Assembly (NCBI GenBank): GCA_053919585.1
Contig: CM132807.1
DNA: 64,000 nt
Direction: 5' to 3' (one strand)
Origin: Euprymna scolopes
Taxonomy: Eukaryota
Part shown: piece after piece, positions 24,920-36,876 of the stretch
Numbering within the stretch: the first letter of the stretch is position 1
Layout of the letters: every line of letters begins with the position of its first letter
Notes under the pieces: generated by a model
The model's database searches: none
Told to the model about the DNA's origin: nothing
The model's input: only the letters and a program-made list of their open reading frames with translations
Made by a program: the position numbers and the translations under genes

Positions 24920-25390
24920 TCTATTCAATGTTGATTCCTTCCGCCTACATCAGCGCTTTGATACATGTTCGGAACTGGGAGAATGTATTCTCCAGAAGCA
25001 CCAGAGCTCAGCGAATACTCGGCGGGTTGCGGCAATCAGGCATGCTTTAATGTTGTAAGAGGTCATGCTTATGATGTTCGTGACATATGGTCAAGCAAAG
25101 CAGTCCAGTAGGTTCAGGTTAGTGAAAGAGGGGGCAGTGAGAGAAGGTTACAAAGTGGTAGATCCCCTTCTGAATCGAAACCTGGGTTTCTTTGAACTCA
25201 TGTGCCGGCACGAGTGCTGCTGCCACACACAACGGCAACCTGAGCGCACCAGGGGATCATCACATTCTTTAGCACATCCAAATACACTTTGGTGTTAATT
25301 TTCAAGCTGACTCCGAAAATGTGAGGTGACATGATGTGGTCCTTGCTTGAAACCACACCTAAAACCATAATCGTAGCAAGCAACTTCGTT
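24920..25390 (-). pseudogene. Decayed maT/DD37D-like transposase fragment
   Basis: IMVLGVVSSKDHIMSPHIFGVSLKINTKVYLDVLKNVMIPW; remnant NLNLLD motif. Confidence 0.75.
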
Positions 25391-27019
25391 CAGCTGTACT
25401 CTTAAGCGTTGAATCGTCCGAATCTGAATTTTGAGGATGCTGGCAATGGTCCTGTTTCAATAATTTTGGATCGTGGTGAGCATTTTGTACAGCGGCAAAT
25501 ATCCGATTTCGCTTGTTGAATATTAATTATGTTACTTTGGGATTTGTACACAACTGGCCAACTAGTAGATAGTCTTCAAAAAAGGCAGTTGTCATCAAAC
25601 GGAAATGGAATCAATTTTATCGTTCCCTCCTCTATTTACTTTAAGACCATTATACGTGTTCCTTAACTTATATATAAATTCCGGCATAATACATTAAATT
25701 TATTCGGCAATAAAGAACACACTATTATTCATGCATGTATAATGCATTTTATTCGAGATCATTTAAATGAAATAAACATGTAAGAGTATTTTATATAATT
25801 TTTTGCTTTTGTTTACGTATAATATAAATTTAGGAAATTAAACTTTATTTTATTCAAATCAGTTTTATTAATTTAAACGTTTAATTGAATAACTATTGAA
25901 AAATGCATACTATTTAAATTATGACTTGAACTGTTTGTCACCTTGAGAATAATGAAAGAAGCATGGCATCATATATCCGTAGAACATCAAAATTATTTTT
26001 TATGGCTTCTCTGTTCTAAATGAGGTTGTGCTTTCTTTAGCAGATTACATGTTAAGACTCTGAGAAAAATAGCATTAGAAAAGCAAAGACATTTGGTCCG
26101 CCCTCCACAAAAAACTACTTTCGAATTAAGACAGGGAATCAGTTTTGTATATAAATTTTACGTAACGTATTAAGGCAGTTAACGAGTTTACAAGTTTTAT
26201 TCATATCCACCTGACAATGTCGTAAAACCACATTTGCTTGCTTTAAAGTAGAACCCTACCCAAAAGAACAAGACAGAATTTATCTCCGATAGCAAAGCAA
26301 ACATAAATTGGTTTACTGTCGTAATAGACTAGTATAATTTGAAAATATAAGATGAGTTTAAGTTGCATTTGTATGTGAAACTGATCAATTCACTCTTAAT
26401 TAATGTTTTTTTTTATTTTTATTATTTTTATGACAGGTTAATTCCGGGTCTTCATATGTAATCCTCTAAAAAAGTATATCGTGTTATTGATGTATGCGAA
26501 TAGTCATTGCTGGTATTCTATCATAATTATAATATTTTTATTTAAGCTTTAAATAAGATTTTTATTAACTACATTTAAAATAAGCTATTTATTTTAATTT
26601 TTATATAAATGGTTAATACAATTGACCCAATCAATTGTTTAAATAAAAAAAAATGTTAGATTAAAAATATAAATTAACATTCTGCGTAACTACCCCTAAA
26701 ATAAAAATGAACTTTTATTTTTTTTACACAGAAACACTTTTGAAAACAGAAATAAAAAACAATTAAGTTAGAACTTTAAGTGAGGATTCTGTTTTATATA
26801 TAAAAGTTAACGTAAAATGAGAAAACTAATAGAAGATAAAGAAAATAATGTTTCGTTTTGTAAGTATTTGCTTCTTCCTGAAACTTTTGTGATTAGATAG
26901 GAAATGATGAGATGTTTCATTACATGTTTATTCGAGAAAACAATTTTAATGATACAGGATACATTTTCCATGATGAATTGAACATAGGTTGCCAGTTTCC
27001 TAAGGTTGTATTAGTGTAG

Positions 27020-28260
27020 TGCTTAATAATAGACATGATAAGTTTTAAACTCAAACTAATCCTATCATCCAAAAATGTAAACAGTGTAAGCCACCTTTAT
27101 TTAATGTAATCAAATTTTGTAAAACTGTCCAACATATGTCAGCATGTAAAACGAATATTGCACCAAATGGATATGGAGGATTATAGGGAACAACACGCAT
27201 TATAAAGTAAATCTAAAATGCAAAACATTACAAAACTTTACAATTATTTTTAGAGATTCACAATAAGTTAGATTTGAATTAACTTGATAAGCTGTGCCCG
27301 TGTTTTTTTCAGTGAGAAATTTCTACATTAAAAACGCATTTCCTTATCATTTGATGAATATTTTTTTATATGAACCTATGTTTGTTATTGTTGTGGGGTG
27401 CAAATCACCCCTATTTGAGAACTAAGTGGAATCAACCAATCCTATGAATACCACTGGTTTCAGAGACTAAATGGAGATATTCCTACCATGTTTAACCGCA
27501 TGCTACGAACACGTTCCCCTCATACCACTTTAGTGGCTCCTGTATTCTTTATGATAAATACATATTATATTTTATACACTTTACACTACTTGTGGTGTCT
27601 GTCATTTGTGACCCCTAGCGCGGGTCTACAACAGTTATTTGCAGCAATAGTAAATATAAGGCAAAGTTCCCGGGGTAAGGAAAATTGTTGTCAATTTATA
27701 TTGTGCAATACCATGAAGCGGTATATACTATTGCAAGAATAAGAAATGATAGCATATATACAACAAGTTTAGCAGCTTCTGTGAAACGAAATAAAAAAGA
27801 GGTCAGCAAACAGGCAATGCGCAAATATCGATATGGAAATGAATTTCTATGAATTAAAGCACATCAGGTTGTAAAAGTAATGAATAAAGATGGAATAAAT
27901 AAAGAAGTAAATAAAACTAAAGTCACCAGAAAAACGGTTGGACAGAATTATTATTAAATGAGAATAGCATAAAACGCACGGTATATTTTCAAATACAAGT
28001 TCTGAACGAATATTCTTAAGACATGCAAGTCATCTATGTCAGTTTATAATGGAAAAGCGTAGAAATGTATTAAAAGCATCAGTAGCAATTAAAAAAAAAA
28101 CGATGACAACATAGATTGGATTAAAATGTCACAAAAATATTAATTTATAGACCTGCATATGAATAGAATTATTTAAACAAAATGTATATATCTGAATCAC
28201 AAACAGATGAAACCCTCAAATGACTATTAACGTGTCTTTACACTACGAAAAGTCTAACTA
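27020..28260 (-). pseudogene. Possible heavily decayed class A GPCR pseudogene
   Basis: Ordered remnants: NSHLRVSSVCD (TM2-like), LVLFTSLFIPSLF (TM4-like), CVLFPIIL (TM6-like). Many disruptions. Confidence 0.3.
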
Positions 28261-29446
28261 CCTTCACTGAATAGCATTTACACTTTCTTGTGGACACAGA
28301 TAATGTTTTATGGTCGGTTTGCTCAAACACTGGCCAATAAAATGATTCCTTGAATGATTTTTTTTACCATAGTATAAAGTAATCGATGGTATTACACAAT
28401 GGAGGGTGAAAATAATTTTCCCCAACGCTTCAGCATAATCCCATTTAAGCAGTTGTGTATTTTGACAACTCTGTTAGCATTTGTATCGTAAATTTAATAT
28501 CTTATATTTTTACTAAAAAGGCCACCAAACTTTATTGGAGTCTCATAAAAAACTGGAATCTTTTATTCTTTCGAACTTTGCAAGATACCACCAGTAATTT
28601 CCGATTTACTTAAATATAGTATTAGGATATAATAAAACAATTAGACATTCCTGAAAAGTAACGTCCAATCACTTCTAATTCGCTGAATATCCTCACAGTG
28701 TTTATCATTTCTGCCTGATTTTCATGCCATTTTCATGTGCGTGTATATGAAAAAAAGGAACATTTAAGACCAGACAATATTTTGCGTATATAAAGCATAG
28801 GAGAAAGAAAATAAATATTCTTCAAAATAACTAAACAAATGTAGGTGACAATTTTTAAAACGAAATTAAAGTGAAACTAAACGAGTTCTGATTTACCTAC
28901 TATAGCATGGAGGACCTTGAATGGCAGTAAAAGGTTATCGAAATGAATAATTTCGATGAAAAGGATATATTTATATACACATGATAAATATTTCCTGAAA
29001 ATAAATAAACGCGTTTAGCCAATCATTAATTATTCATCAGTTATAACGTAAGTTAAGATAAACTCCTCTAACAGGATTTTGTACTTACTGTATAGGCTAC
29101 TTGCTTAAAGATATTACCAAATATTTATAAATAATGGTAATCAAATATGCGTATGTGGTGAGTAATGTGTGATTTCGATCAACTAATACGTTGTTATTAA
29201 TCATCAAACGATTATGATAATGTTAATCACTATCTACGTTTTGATTTGTTATAGAAACGAAAATTAGAGTAATAAAATTTTTATATAAACAAGTAATGTT
29301 TTATGGAATCTATATCACCCACAAAGCATAAAGCAATCACAAGTACATAGCAACCGAGCAAAATAAAGTAGAAATTAATTTCATTTAAGAAACTCGACGG
29401 TTTTCTCAAAAATTTTTAAGTAAATAACGGTAACGTTACACGGGAA

Positions 29447-30183
29447 GGCTTTAGCAAGTTTTATATAGTTGTGGCTTTGATAATTTAAATGTAACTTTAA
29501 CAAGTTTGATATAGTTGTGACTTTAATAACTTAAGCGTAAGTTTGATATAGTTGTGGATTTAATAACTCAACCGTAACTTTAATAAGTGTGATATAGTTG
29601 TGGCTTTAATAACTTAAATGTAACTTTAATAACTTTGATATAGTTGTGACTTTAATAACTTAAATGTAACTTTAATAAGTTTGATATAGTTGTAACTTTA
29701 ATAATTTAAATGTAACTTTAACAAGTTTGATATAATTGTGACTTTAATAACTTAAATATAACTTTAACAAGTTTGATATAGTTGTGGCTTTAATAACTTA
29801 AATGTAACTTTAATAAGTTTGATATAGTTATGACTTTTATAACTTAAATGTAACTTTAATAAGTTTGATATAGTTGTGGATTTAATAACTCAAATGTAAC
29901 TTTAACAAGTTTGATATTGTTGTGTCTTTAATAACTTAAATGTAACTTTAATAAGTTTGATATAGTTATGACTTTTATAACTTAAATATAACTTTAATAA
30001 GTTTGATATAGTTGTGGATTTAATAACTCAAATGTAACTTTAACAAGTTTGATATTGTTGTGTCTTTAATAACTTAAATGTAACTTTAATAAGTTTGATA
30101 TAGTTGTGACTTTGATAACTCAAATGTAAATTTATTAAGTTTTGATATAGTTATGACTTTAATAACTTAAATGTAACTTTAAT
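29447..30183. repeat. 46-bp tandem repeat, ~16 copies, with a duplicated 138-bp trimer
   Basis: Unit TAACTTTAATAAGTTTGATATAGTTGTGACTTTAATAACTTAAATG, with internal ACTTTAATAA subrepeats. Confidence 0.95.
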
Positions 30184-30419
30184 CATGAGTTAAAATAGAC
30201 ACAGAATGTTATAAATGGAATGTCCAGTAAAATTGTTTATTCTGTTAAAATATTTAGTAATACAATTTGGATGGAAACTATTTATATTCTTAGAAAGAAA
30301 ACATAATAGAAATTTGGGTAACAGAATTAATAAATAGGTTAAATTCCTTTATGAAACAAAGAGAATGGAAAATGTTATTGTAAAGTGAGTTACGTAAAAT
30401 TAGGTTAGAGAAGGATTCA

Positions 30420-31100
30420 TGTCATGGGTCTCATATACACGTGCTCGGTCGTGCAATGACGTCATGAGTTATGAATTTAGTTAGATAAGTGAGAATCGGA
30501 ATCGGTCTGTGGAGAGAAGCAGAGAGGTTCAGATCGATTCTCCGTTAGAGTCAAGGCACCCTCTAGAAGAGAGAGGCTTTTAGAAATAACCATGTAACAA
30601 CTTTGAATTCCTGAGATAAAATCATGTTCGACCGGTCGAAGAAGAAATAAACGTATCATCATGTGTTTTTGTATCTGCGTCGTCGTGTTGTTATTCAACA
30701 GAAAAGGTATTGTCCATTTATGTTATAAGAACCTTGATAAAAATCATCATCTAAAATGTGTTAGAAAGTATATGTGTCAGAGTATAAATGTTATAGAGAC
30801 ACTCCCGTTCACAGAACTGTCAAAAGCATAAATGTAAAACTATCGGTCTATCTATCTAGATAGCAAACACTTCTCAAAGCGTATTTATATGTGCACTCTC
30901 TCTTTACATATACGTGATAATGTCCACATCTCTTCTCTAACAATATGTTAATATCTCCATCTATATCTTCTTACAACATGAACATCTCTTACTCAACACT
31001 AATCTCTCGTAAGACTCTCACAAAGAACAATACAAATACATACGTCAGATTTAATAATAAGATAGTACATAAAATAATTCAAATTTAGTGAACGTGACTA
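30420..31100 (+). mobile_element. Possible solo LTR
   Basis: Starts TGTCATG, AATAAA at ~30646, ends CGTGACTA. Only an imperfect 5-bp TSD (ATTCA/GTCCA). Confidence 0.35.
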
Positions 31101-31408
31101 GTCCACTCAAGCAAGGGTGGGTTTGAAAAAAAAAAGAAACTTGGCGTTACCACGGGTATACAACGTAAGGGTCTATTCCATAGACGATCGCAGAATGCGA
31201 AAAAGGAAAAAAAACATCCCAAAGCAGCCAAACTAACTGTAGGCAAATTTTGAACGTAATTTATTAGCTTTTTACCACTTGTCAGAAAATTTTAACTAAT
31301 GAATAGTGTTATAATATTCCAAACACCTATAAATTTCATGTAGTTTCGTCCTATAGAACAAAAGATATGAGCATATCAATAATCAATTCGGCTATGAGTA
31401 TAAATATA

Positions 31409-32093
31409 TCTATATATCTATCTATATATCTATAAAAGTGAAATTGTCTGTATGTCTATGTATCTGTGTGTACCAAACGATTTTGTCAATTTTCAGTCTA
31501 CGAACACGAGATTTGACAAAAGGCATATTGAGAGTTGGGAAAATATTTTTAATCGGTTTTCGACCAGGAATTTGGCCATCAAGGGGTCAAAGTTCAATGA
31601 AATTGACCTTTGAAAATTCTACCAAACTCCTCCACCGATTTACATGTACTTAGTGATGGAGCAAACATTTTAACTTGATTTGATCCCAACATAATAAATG
31701 TTAAAGGGTCAAAATTGGGGTCAAATTAAAAACAAAATTGACCTCTGCGGTCTCTAGCAAATTACTATGCCAATTTGGGATCTAAACATTTGAAATTTTA
31801 CATAAAGTATATTTAGGCATAGGACAAAGTTTTTTATTGGCTGCCAAGGTGTCAGAGTTTAAAATATTTCAACGTTGCGGTCTCTAGCAAACTATTCAAC
31901 CAATTTTGAACTTTTGCATAAAGGGTATTCAGACATGCAGCAAGCTTTTTAATCAGATTTTTGGCAACAATTTGGCTGCCAAGTGGTCCAAGGTTAAAGA
32001 GTTTACCTTTGCAGACTCTACCAAACTCCTTTGGTAATTTTGAGTCTAAACCCTTGAAATTTTAGATGTACGATACCTGGACATGAATATAAC

Positions 32094-32150
<57 letters not shown>

Positions 32151-32487
32151 TAAACGTGTCTGTGTGTCTGTCTGTGTGTCTGTCTGTCTGTGCACATTTC
32201 CCTATGCAATAACTCTGTCAATTTTAAGTCTCCAGACTCGAAATTTGATATGCAGGGCACTGAGATTTGGAAAATGTTTTGTGATTGGTTTTCGGACAGT
32301 TCAATGATTTAACCTATGAGAACTCTACCAAATTCCTTCGACAATTTTGTGTTTAAAAACTTGAAATTTTATATATATGTTCCTTGGACATGGATCTAAT
32401 TTAATAACTAGATTTGAGCCCAAAACAACAAATGTTAAGGGTCATGATGTGGGTCAAAGTTTTAAAAAAATTGACCGCTTTCTTCTC
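31409..32487 (+). mobile_element. Two tandem 3'-truncated non-autonomous Helitrons (family of 62075-62526)
   Basis: 5' TCTATA..AAAAGTGAA then (TGTC)n. Shared GGGGTCAAAGTTCAA and CTACCAAACTCC blocks. Confidence 0.8.
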
Positions 32488-32528
<41 letters not shown>

Positions 32529-32780
32529 GGATAGATAGATAGATAGATAGATACACCATTTTGGGGGGCAATTTTATTTAATGCAAATGTCAGCAACTAC
32601 TGATCAGAATTTAAAAAATGATGGCTTTTTGGAAAGCTTATGACTGGAATTGTGTAGGGAGCTGTGTGACATTTGCCCTTTAGGTCGCACATTAAAGTGG
32701 TCATTTTTTACAACCATAAAATGTTTCAACTATAGTCATTTGTTTTCCTAGATTTGCATATGAATATCTGATATTTCCCC

Positions 32781-33095
32781 AAAACTTCTGGCCATGATGG
32801 AGGGGGGATTACAGATTGCTTCTATGATTTCAAATGATTTGCAAGAGGAGACTTGATTGGGAATATTTCTCATATGCTATATCTCTCTCTTTGGTTTTCA
32901 TACATAAAGTAAATTTCACAGTGTATAAGGATTATTTGATAATGGAGATATTCATAATCATACTCTGTTTCAAAAAAATAAGAAGATATAACATATGAGA
33001 AATATTTAAGATCAAGTCTCCACTTGCTGTTATTTCAGATCATTTGAAACACTAGCAGCAAGATTTAGTCTCCCCTCCATCTAGGCCAAATGTTT
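32781..33095. repeat. ~110-bp imperfect inverted repeat (foldback MITE core) inside direct repeats 32580-32730 / 33284-33445
   Basis: GGAGACTTGAT..AATATTTCTCATATG pairs with CATATGAGAAATATT..ATCAAGTCTCC. Confidence 0.7.
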
Positions 33096-34299
33096 NNNNN
33101 NNNNNNNNNNNNNNNNNNNNNNNNNNNNNNNNNNNNNNNNNNNNNNNNNNNNNNNNNNNNNNNNNNNNNNNNNNNNNNNNNNNNNNNNNNNNNNNNNNNN
33201 NNNNNNNNNNNNNNNNNNNNNNNNNNNNNNNNNNNNNNNNNNNNNNNNNNNNNNNNNNNNNNNNNNNNNNNNNNNNNNNNNNTTATCTCAACGACTATTT
33301 ATCAGAATTTAACAAATAAAAGTTCATTGGAAAGCTGGAATTGTATTGTGGGTAATGTGGCATTTGCTTTTAAGTTCGCACATTAAAGGGATCATCCATA
33401 TTCTAGAGCCTATTACTGGCACATTTTTACATCTATAAAATATTTCGGTAAAAGGGCTGTATCGTTTCACCCTTAAAATCCTTTAAAATTATCACTACAA
33501 TAGGTTTTGGGAGGTGCTGAAAACGAAAGTAATGTTTAAAATTCCAGGAAACGAGGAGTTTCTAACATATGAAAAATTATAGTTTTAAAAAGTTGGGGAT
33601 CACTTTTCTACATTAATTAAACGAAAAAAAGATAACTCATTTCTGACCACTTTTTCGTGGGTCTGTTATTTTTAGGGTTAGGGTTTATAGTGGTATGGTG
33701 GGCCAACACAAACCTACCTTACAAACTTGCTTTCAATGGGTTTTCGGGCGTGCTGAAAATATCGCATTTACATTTTCTGCAAATAAATATTTTCGTAATA
33801 TTAGCAAAAATACGTGCGCTTGCATACAAAATAATGGCCATCACTTATAATATAAAGAATTACGTTGATTAATACTTAAAAAATACTTATTTGCAGGAAA
33901 TTTAAATGCGATATTCGTTTTAAGCACACCCCAAAATCTATGAAAAACAAGTTTTTTAAGGTAAGTTTTGTGTTGATCTACCGTGTCACATTTACCAAAT
34001 AAACACCGACACTAAAATAATAACGATGCACCACCACAAAAAGTTGCCTGTAAAGAGGGTGTTTGTTTTACGTTAAATGATTATACAAAAATGATTCCCT
34101 ACTCTGGAAGTGTAAGCCATGTTTAGTCTCAGAACAATTTCCGATGGTTCGTTGTTCTACACAAGTCCTGGGAGGTGACTGATTCGCAGTAGACAGTTCT
34201 CGAGTTGGAATCCAAAGAGCTAAAGATTCTTCCCGTGTTGACACGAAGAAAACATATGCGAAATTGCTACGGAAAGGTTTAATATTTATGGAGCAATTC

Positions 34300-34410
34300 T
34301 GGTTTCTGATTGGTTGGTAGCAGAACGTGAATTAATTCGATTCGTCAGTTCCTAGCAGCATCGGTTATAAATAGAATCTCCCGACTGTGCGGGATTATAC
34401 CCCATTATAC
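34300..34410 (+). promoter_or_regulatory. Pol II-type core promoter: reverse CCAAT, TATA box, candidate initiator
   Basis: ATTGG at 34309-34313, TATAAATA at 34366-34373, ATTATAC at 34394 and 34404. Confidence 0.55.
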
Positions 34411-34779
34411 TTCCTTTATGATGGGGTGTCTCCCAGCGGCTTCGGCTGCAGGGAGACAGGGTAGTACCAGTCAAGGATTCGTCACTTGACACTCAGCCCA
34501 ACAGGTGAGGGGCCGGGAACCGGCCCACCAGCTGTTGGACTGAGGTACACCGCCTGGGTAATACCTAGGAGGTCCACCCTCCCAGGCCTTGCCACCGGGC
34601 TTTCCGGTGGGGCAAGTTTATTGCTTGCTGCCTGAGGCGCCCCGACTGGGGAATGCCGACGGGGTTACTCAGGCAATTTTTAAAATTGCAGGAGTGCCCC
34701 TCCTTTAGGGGAGCCTGCGGGGTTCCCACTTTCCGGCCTTGTGCCACATTTTGCTGAGGTGGGCAGCAAATAAATATCT
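34399..34779 (+). ncRNA. 381-nt GC-rich multi-hairpin non-coding unit with a Tx1-type 3' tail (SINE-like)
   Basis: At least nine consecutive hairpins. Ends GGCCTTGTGCC..hairpin..AATAAATATCT, like the LINE end at 40485-40535. Confidence 0.7.
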
Positions 34780-34932
34780 ACCCCATTATACTGCTGTATT
34801 ATGGGATGTGTCTCCTACCGTCTTCGTTTTGTAAATGCAGGAGTGATCTTCCTTTAGGTGAGCCATCTTTAGATTCCCAGTTTCCCGGCCTTGTGGCAAA
34901 TATTGCTGATGTGGGCAGCAATTTAAATAACT
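34780..34932 (+). repeat. Internally deleted, diverged second copy of the 381-nt unit
   Basis: Matches the first ~50 and last ~95 nt of 34399-34779. Confidence 0.85.
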
Positions 34933-35162
34933 ACCCCATTATAATGCATTGTCATTTTGGTAAAATATTCTTTTGTACTTCTGCTTCTTATTGTTATCAC
35001 TGTTGTTGTTATTGTCATTGCTATTGTTATCAATACGACGCCGGATTTTTTACCAAGCTGTTTTCCTGTTTGTTTTTTTTTGTTGTTGTTGTTTTTTTAC
35101 TGTTATTTTAAACAGTTTTTGGACTTTTTTTCTTTTTCGCCATTTTTCTAAACTGTGTTGCT

Positions 35163-36650
35163 ATGACTACTTCTGTTAGCCAGATGTCTGTGAATATACC
35201 CGTTAAGACTGCAATAGGAGTGGAGGGGGTTGCTTCAAGCAATAACTGGAGTAAGCCACCAAAGATAGATATTAACGTTGAGGATTTTATTGCAAAAGCG
35301 AAATATTGCTTGCATTTGGCCACTGATAAAGAAATTACAATTGACATACTAAAACTGTAGGAAATACAGAAAAAATGCTTAGTAATTTTTATCGTGGACA
35401 GAAAGATCAAAAGAGTTATTCGGGATATTATAAATTCCCCGCTGGCAACTGCTAGATACAGACCAACACATCTTGTTAAATGCAAATGCTATAATACATG
35501 GAGCGCATTATTTAGCTCGGCACAGGATTGCCTTACCCTCTCACAGAAGGAAATTATAAGAGCAAATTATATCCTTAGATCACAGTACATGGGCAAAAGA
35601 AGAATAACAGTGCCTGTGTTCCACGTCCGCCCTCACGTGGATGGGAAATACATTGGGTCCTTCCTTCTAAAATATGAAGAGATAGCATGAGTATCATGGG
35701 ACTTGGTCATTCGAAATCTTATTAGATTAAACTTTATTAAACATGCCATATTTTCTGGAAGCAGGCGAAGAATGGCTGCCTATCATAGTGGCCGGAATGC
35801 GGCCTACGTGCTGGAATTGCAGCGAAATAGGACACCTTACTTCAAAAATAACAACACAGCGCCAAACTTAAAATCCAGAATAGGACAACACCTAATTGTT
35901 CAAATGGCTGTGAATAACCCCCTTCTTAAAAAAACAGCGAAAAGGGAAAACCCTGGCAAATTGTAGTCGGCAAGAAGACGCCTGTCCGAGTCTCGCTTGA
36001 GAAAACCAGAGAAGAAGCGATGCTGGAAAATGACCCCGGTGCTGCCAAATATGTGGAGATTGTAAATCTCAAAAAAAAATTGATGCACCCATATCCCCCA
36101 GCAACCCTCAATCCCCTACTCCTAAACAGACCACCACTCCTCAATGCCCAATAAACCCCATCACCCAGACACTCACGAAATCCAAAACACGTTCACCGTC
36201 TAAAATGATGCCTCCTCCTGTCGCATCTCCTGTCCCTCAGAACCCCCCCAACTAATCTCTCTAAACCCTGTCAAGAAACCCTTCTCCCAATACACCCCTG
36301 TACCTTGCACATTACCTCTCTTGCATCCCCCGTAAAGACCCCACCTGCTACCAAAATTGATATTGAAAAGAAAACCCTCCTGGGACAAGAAGAGAAGATC
36401 GCAATACTTATTTGGCAGAGATCTGTAAGATTAGGGACCCCCAAATTAATAATGCCTCTTACTTCAAGAAGGTCGATTTATCAAAATTATTAGAGTTCAG
36501 GGGGGTGGCTGATAACCCAATTGACGATCCTTCGAATTTTCCCAAGGCCAAGAGAGTTCTCACGGTCATACGAAAAAAGGAGGAAGCAAAGAACCTATGG
36601 CCACTGCTGGAAGAAACCGATAAGTCGTTTAATCTAGCAGTGCCCTTTTA
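35163..36650 (+). pseudogene. Disrupted Tx1 ORF1
   Basis: Zinc-knuckle remnant RPTCWNCSEIGHL (~35800-35840) followed by a Pro-rich region. Confidence 0.75.
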
Positions 36651-36876
36651 AAGACACGGACATTAAGAACTTAAGAAAATGTTGTGTGGGCCAGGTCCCT
36701 GTCAAAATGCATCCCTCCCTCTATAGGATTGACAAACTAACAGACCTTTCGCATGTCTGCGGTATCTCTCGTGACGGTCATCGACACTTCGATAGGTACT
36801 CATTTCCTCACGAGAGCCATCGGCACGCTTACGTCCGCGATATTTGTTTCTAGTTCTCAACCCTCAAGGCACAATC

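Noticed and set aside
34553-34620. HDV-like ribozyme (GCCTGGG/CCCAGGC around AGG-TCCAC-CCT)
   Set aside because: L3 is too short, with no P1.1 GG and no P2 partner.
34399-34779. U1 snRNA, spliced-leader RNA or telomerase RNA
   Set aside because: ATACTTCC only loosely resembles the U1 5' end. No convincing Sm site, splice donor or telomeric template.
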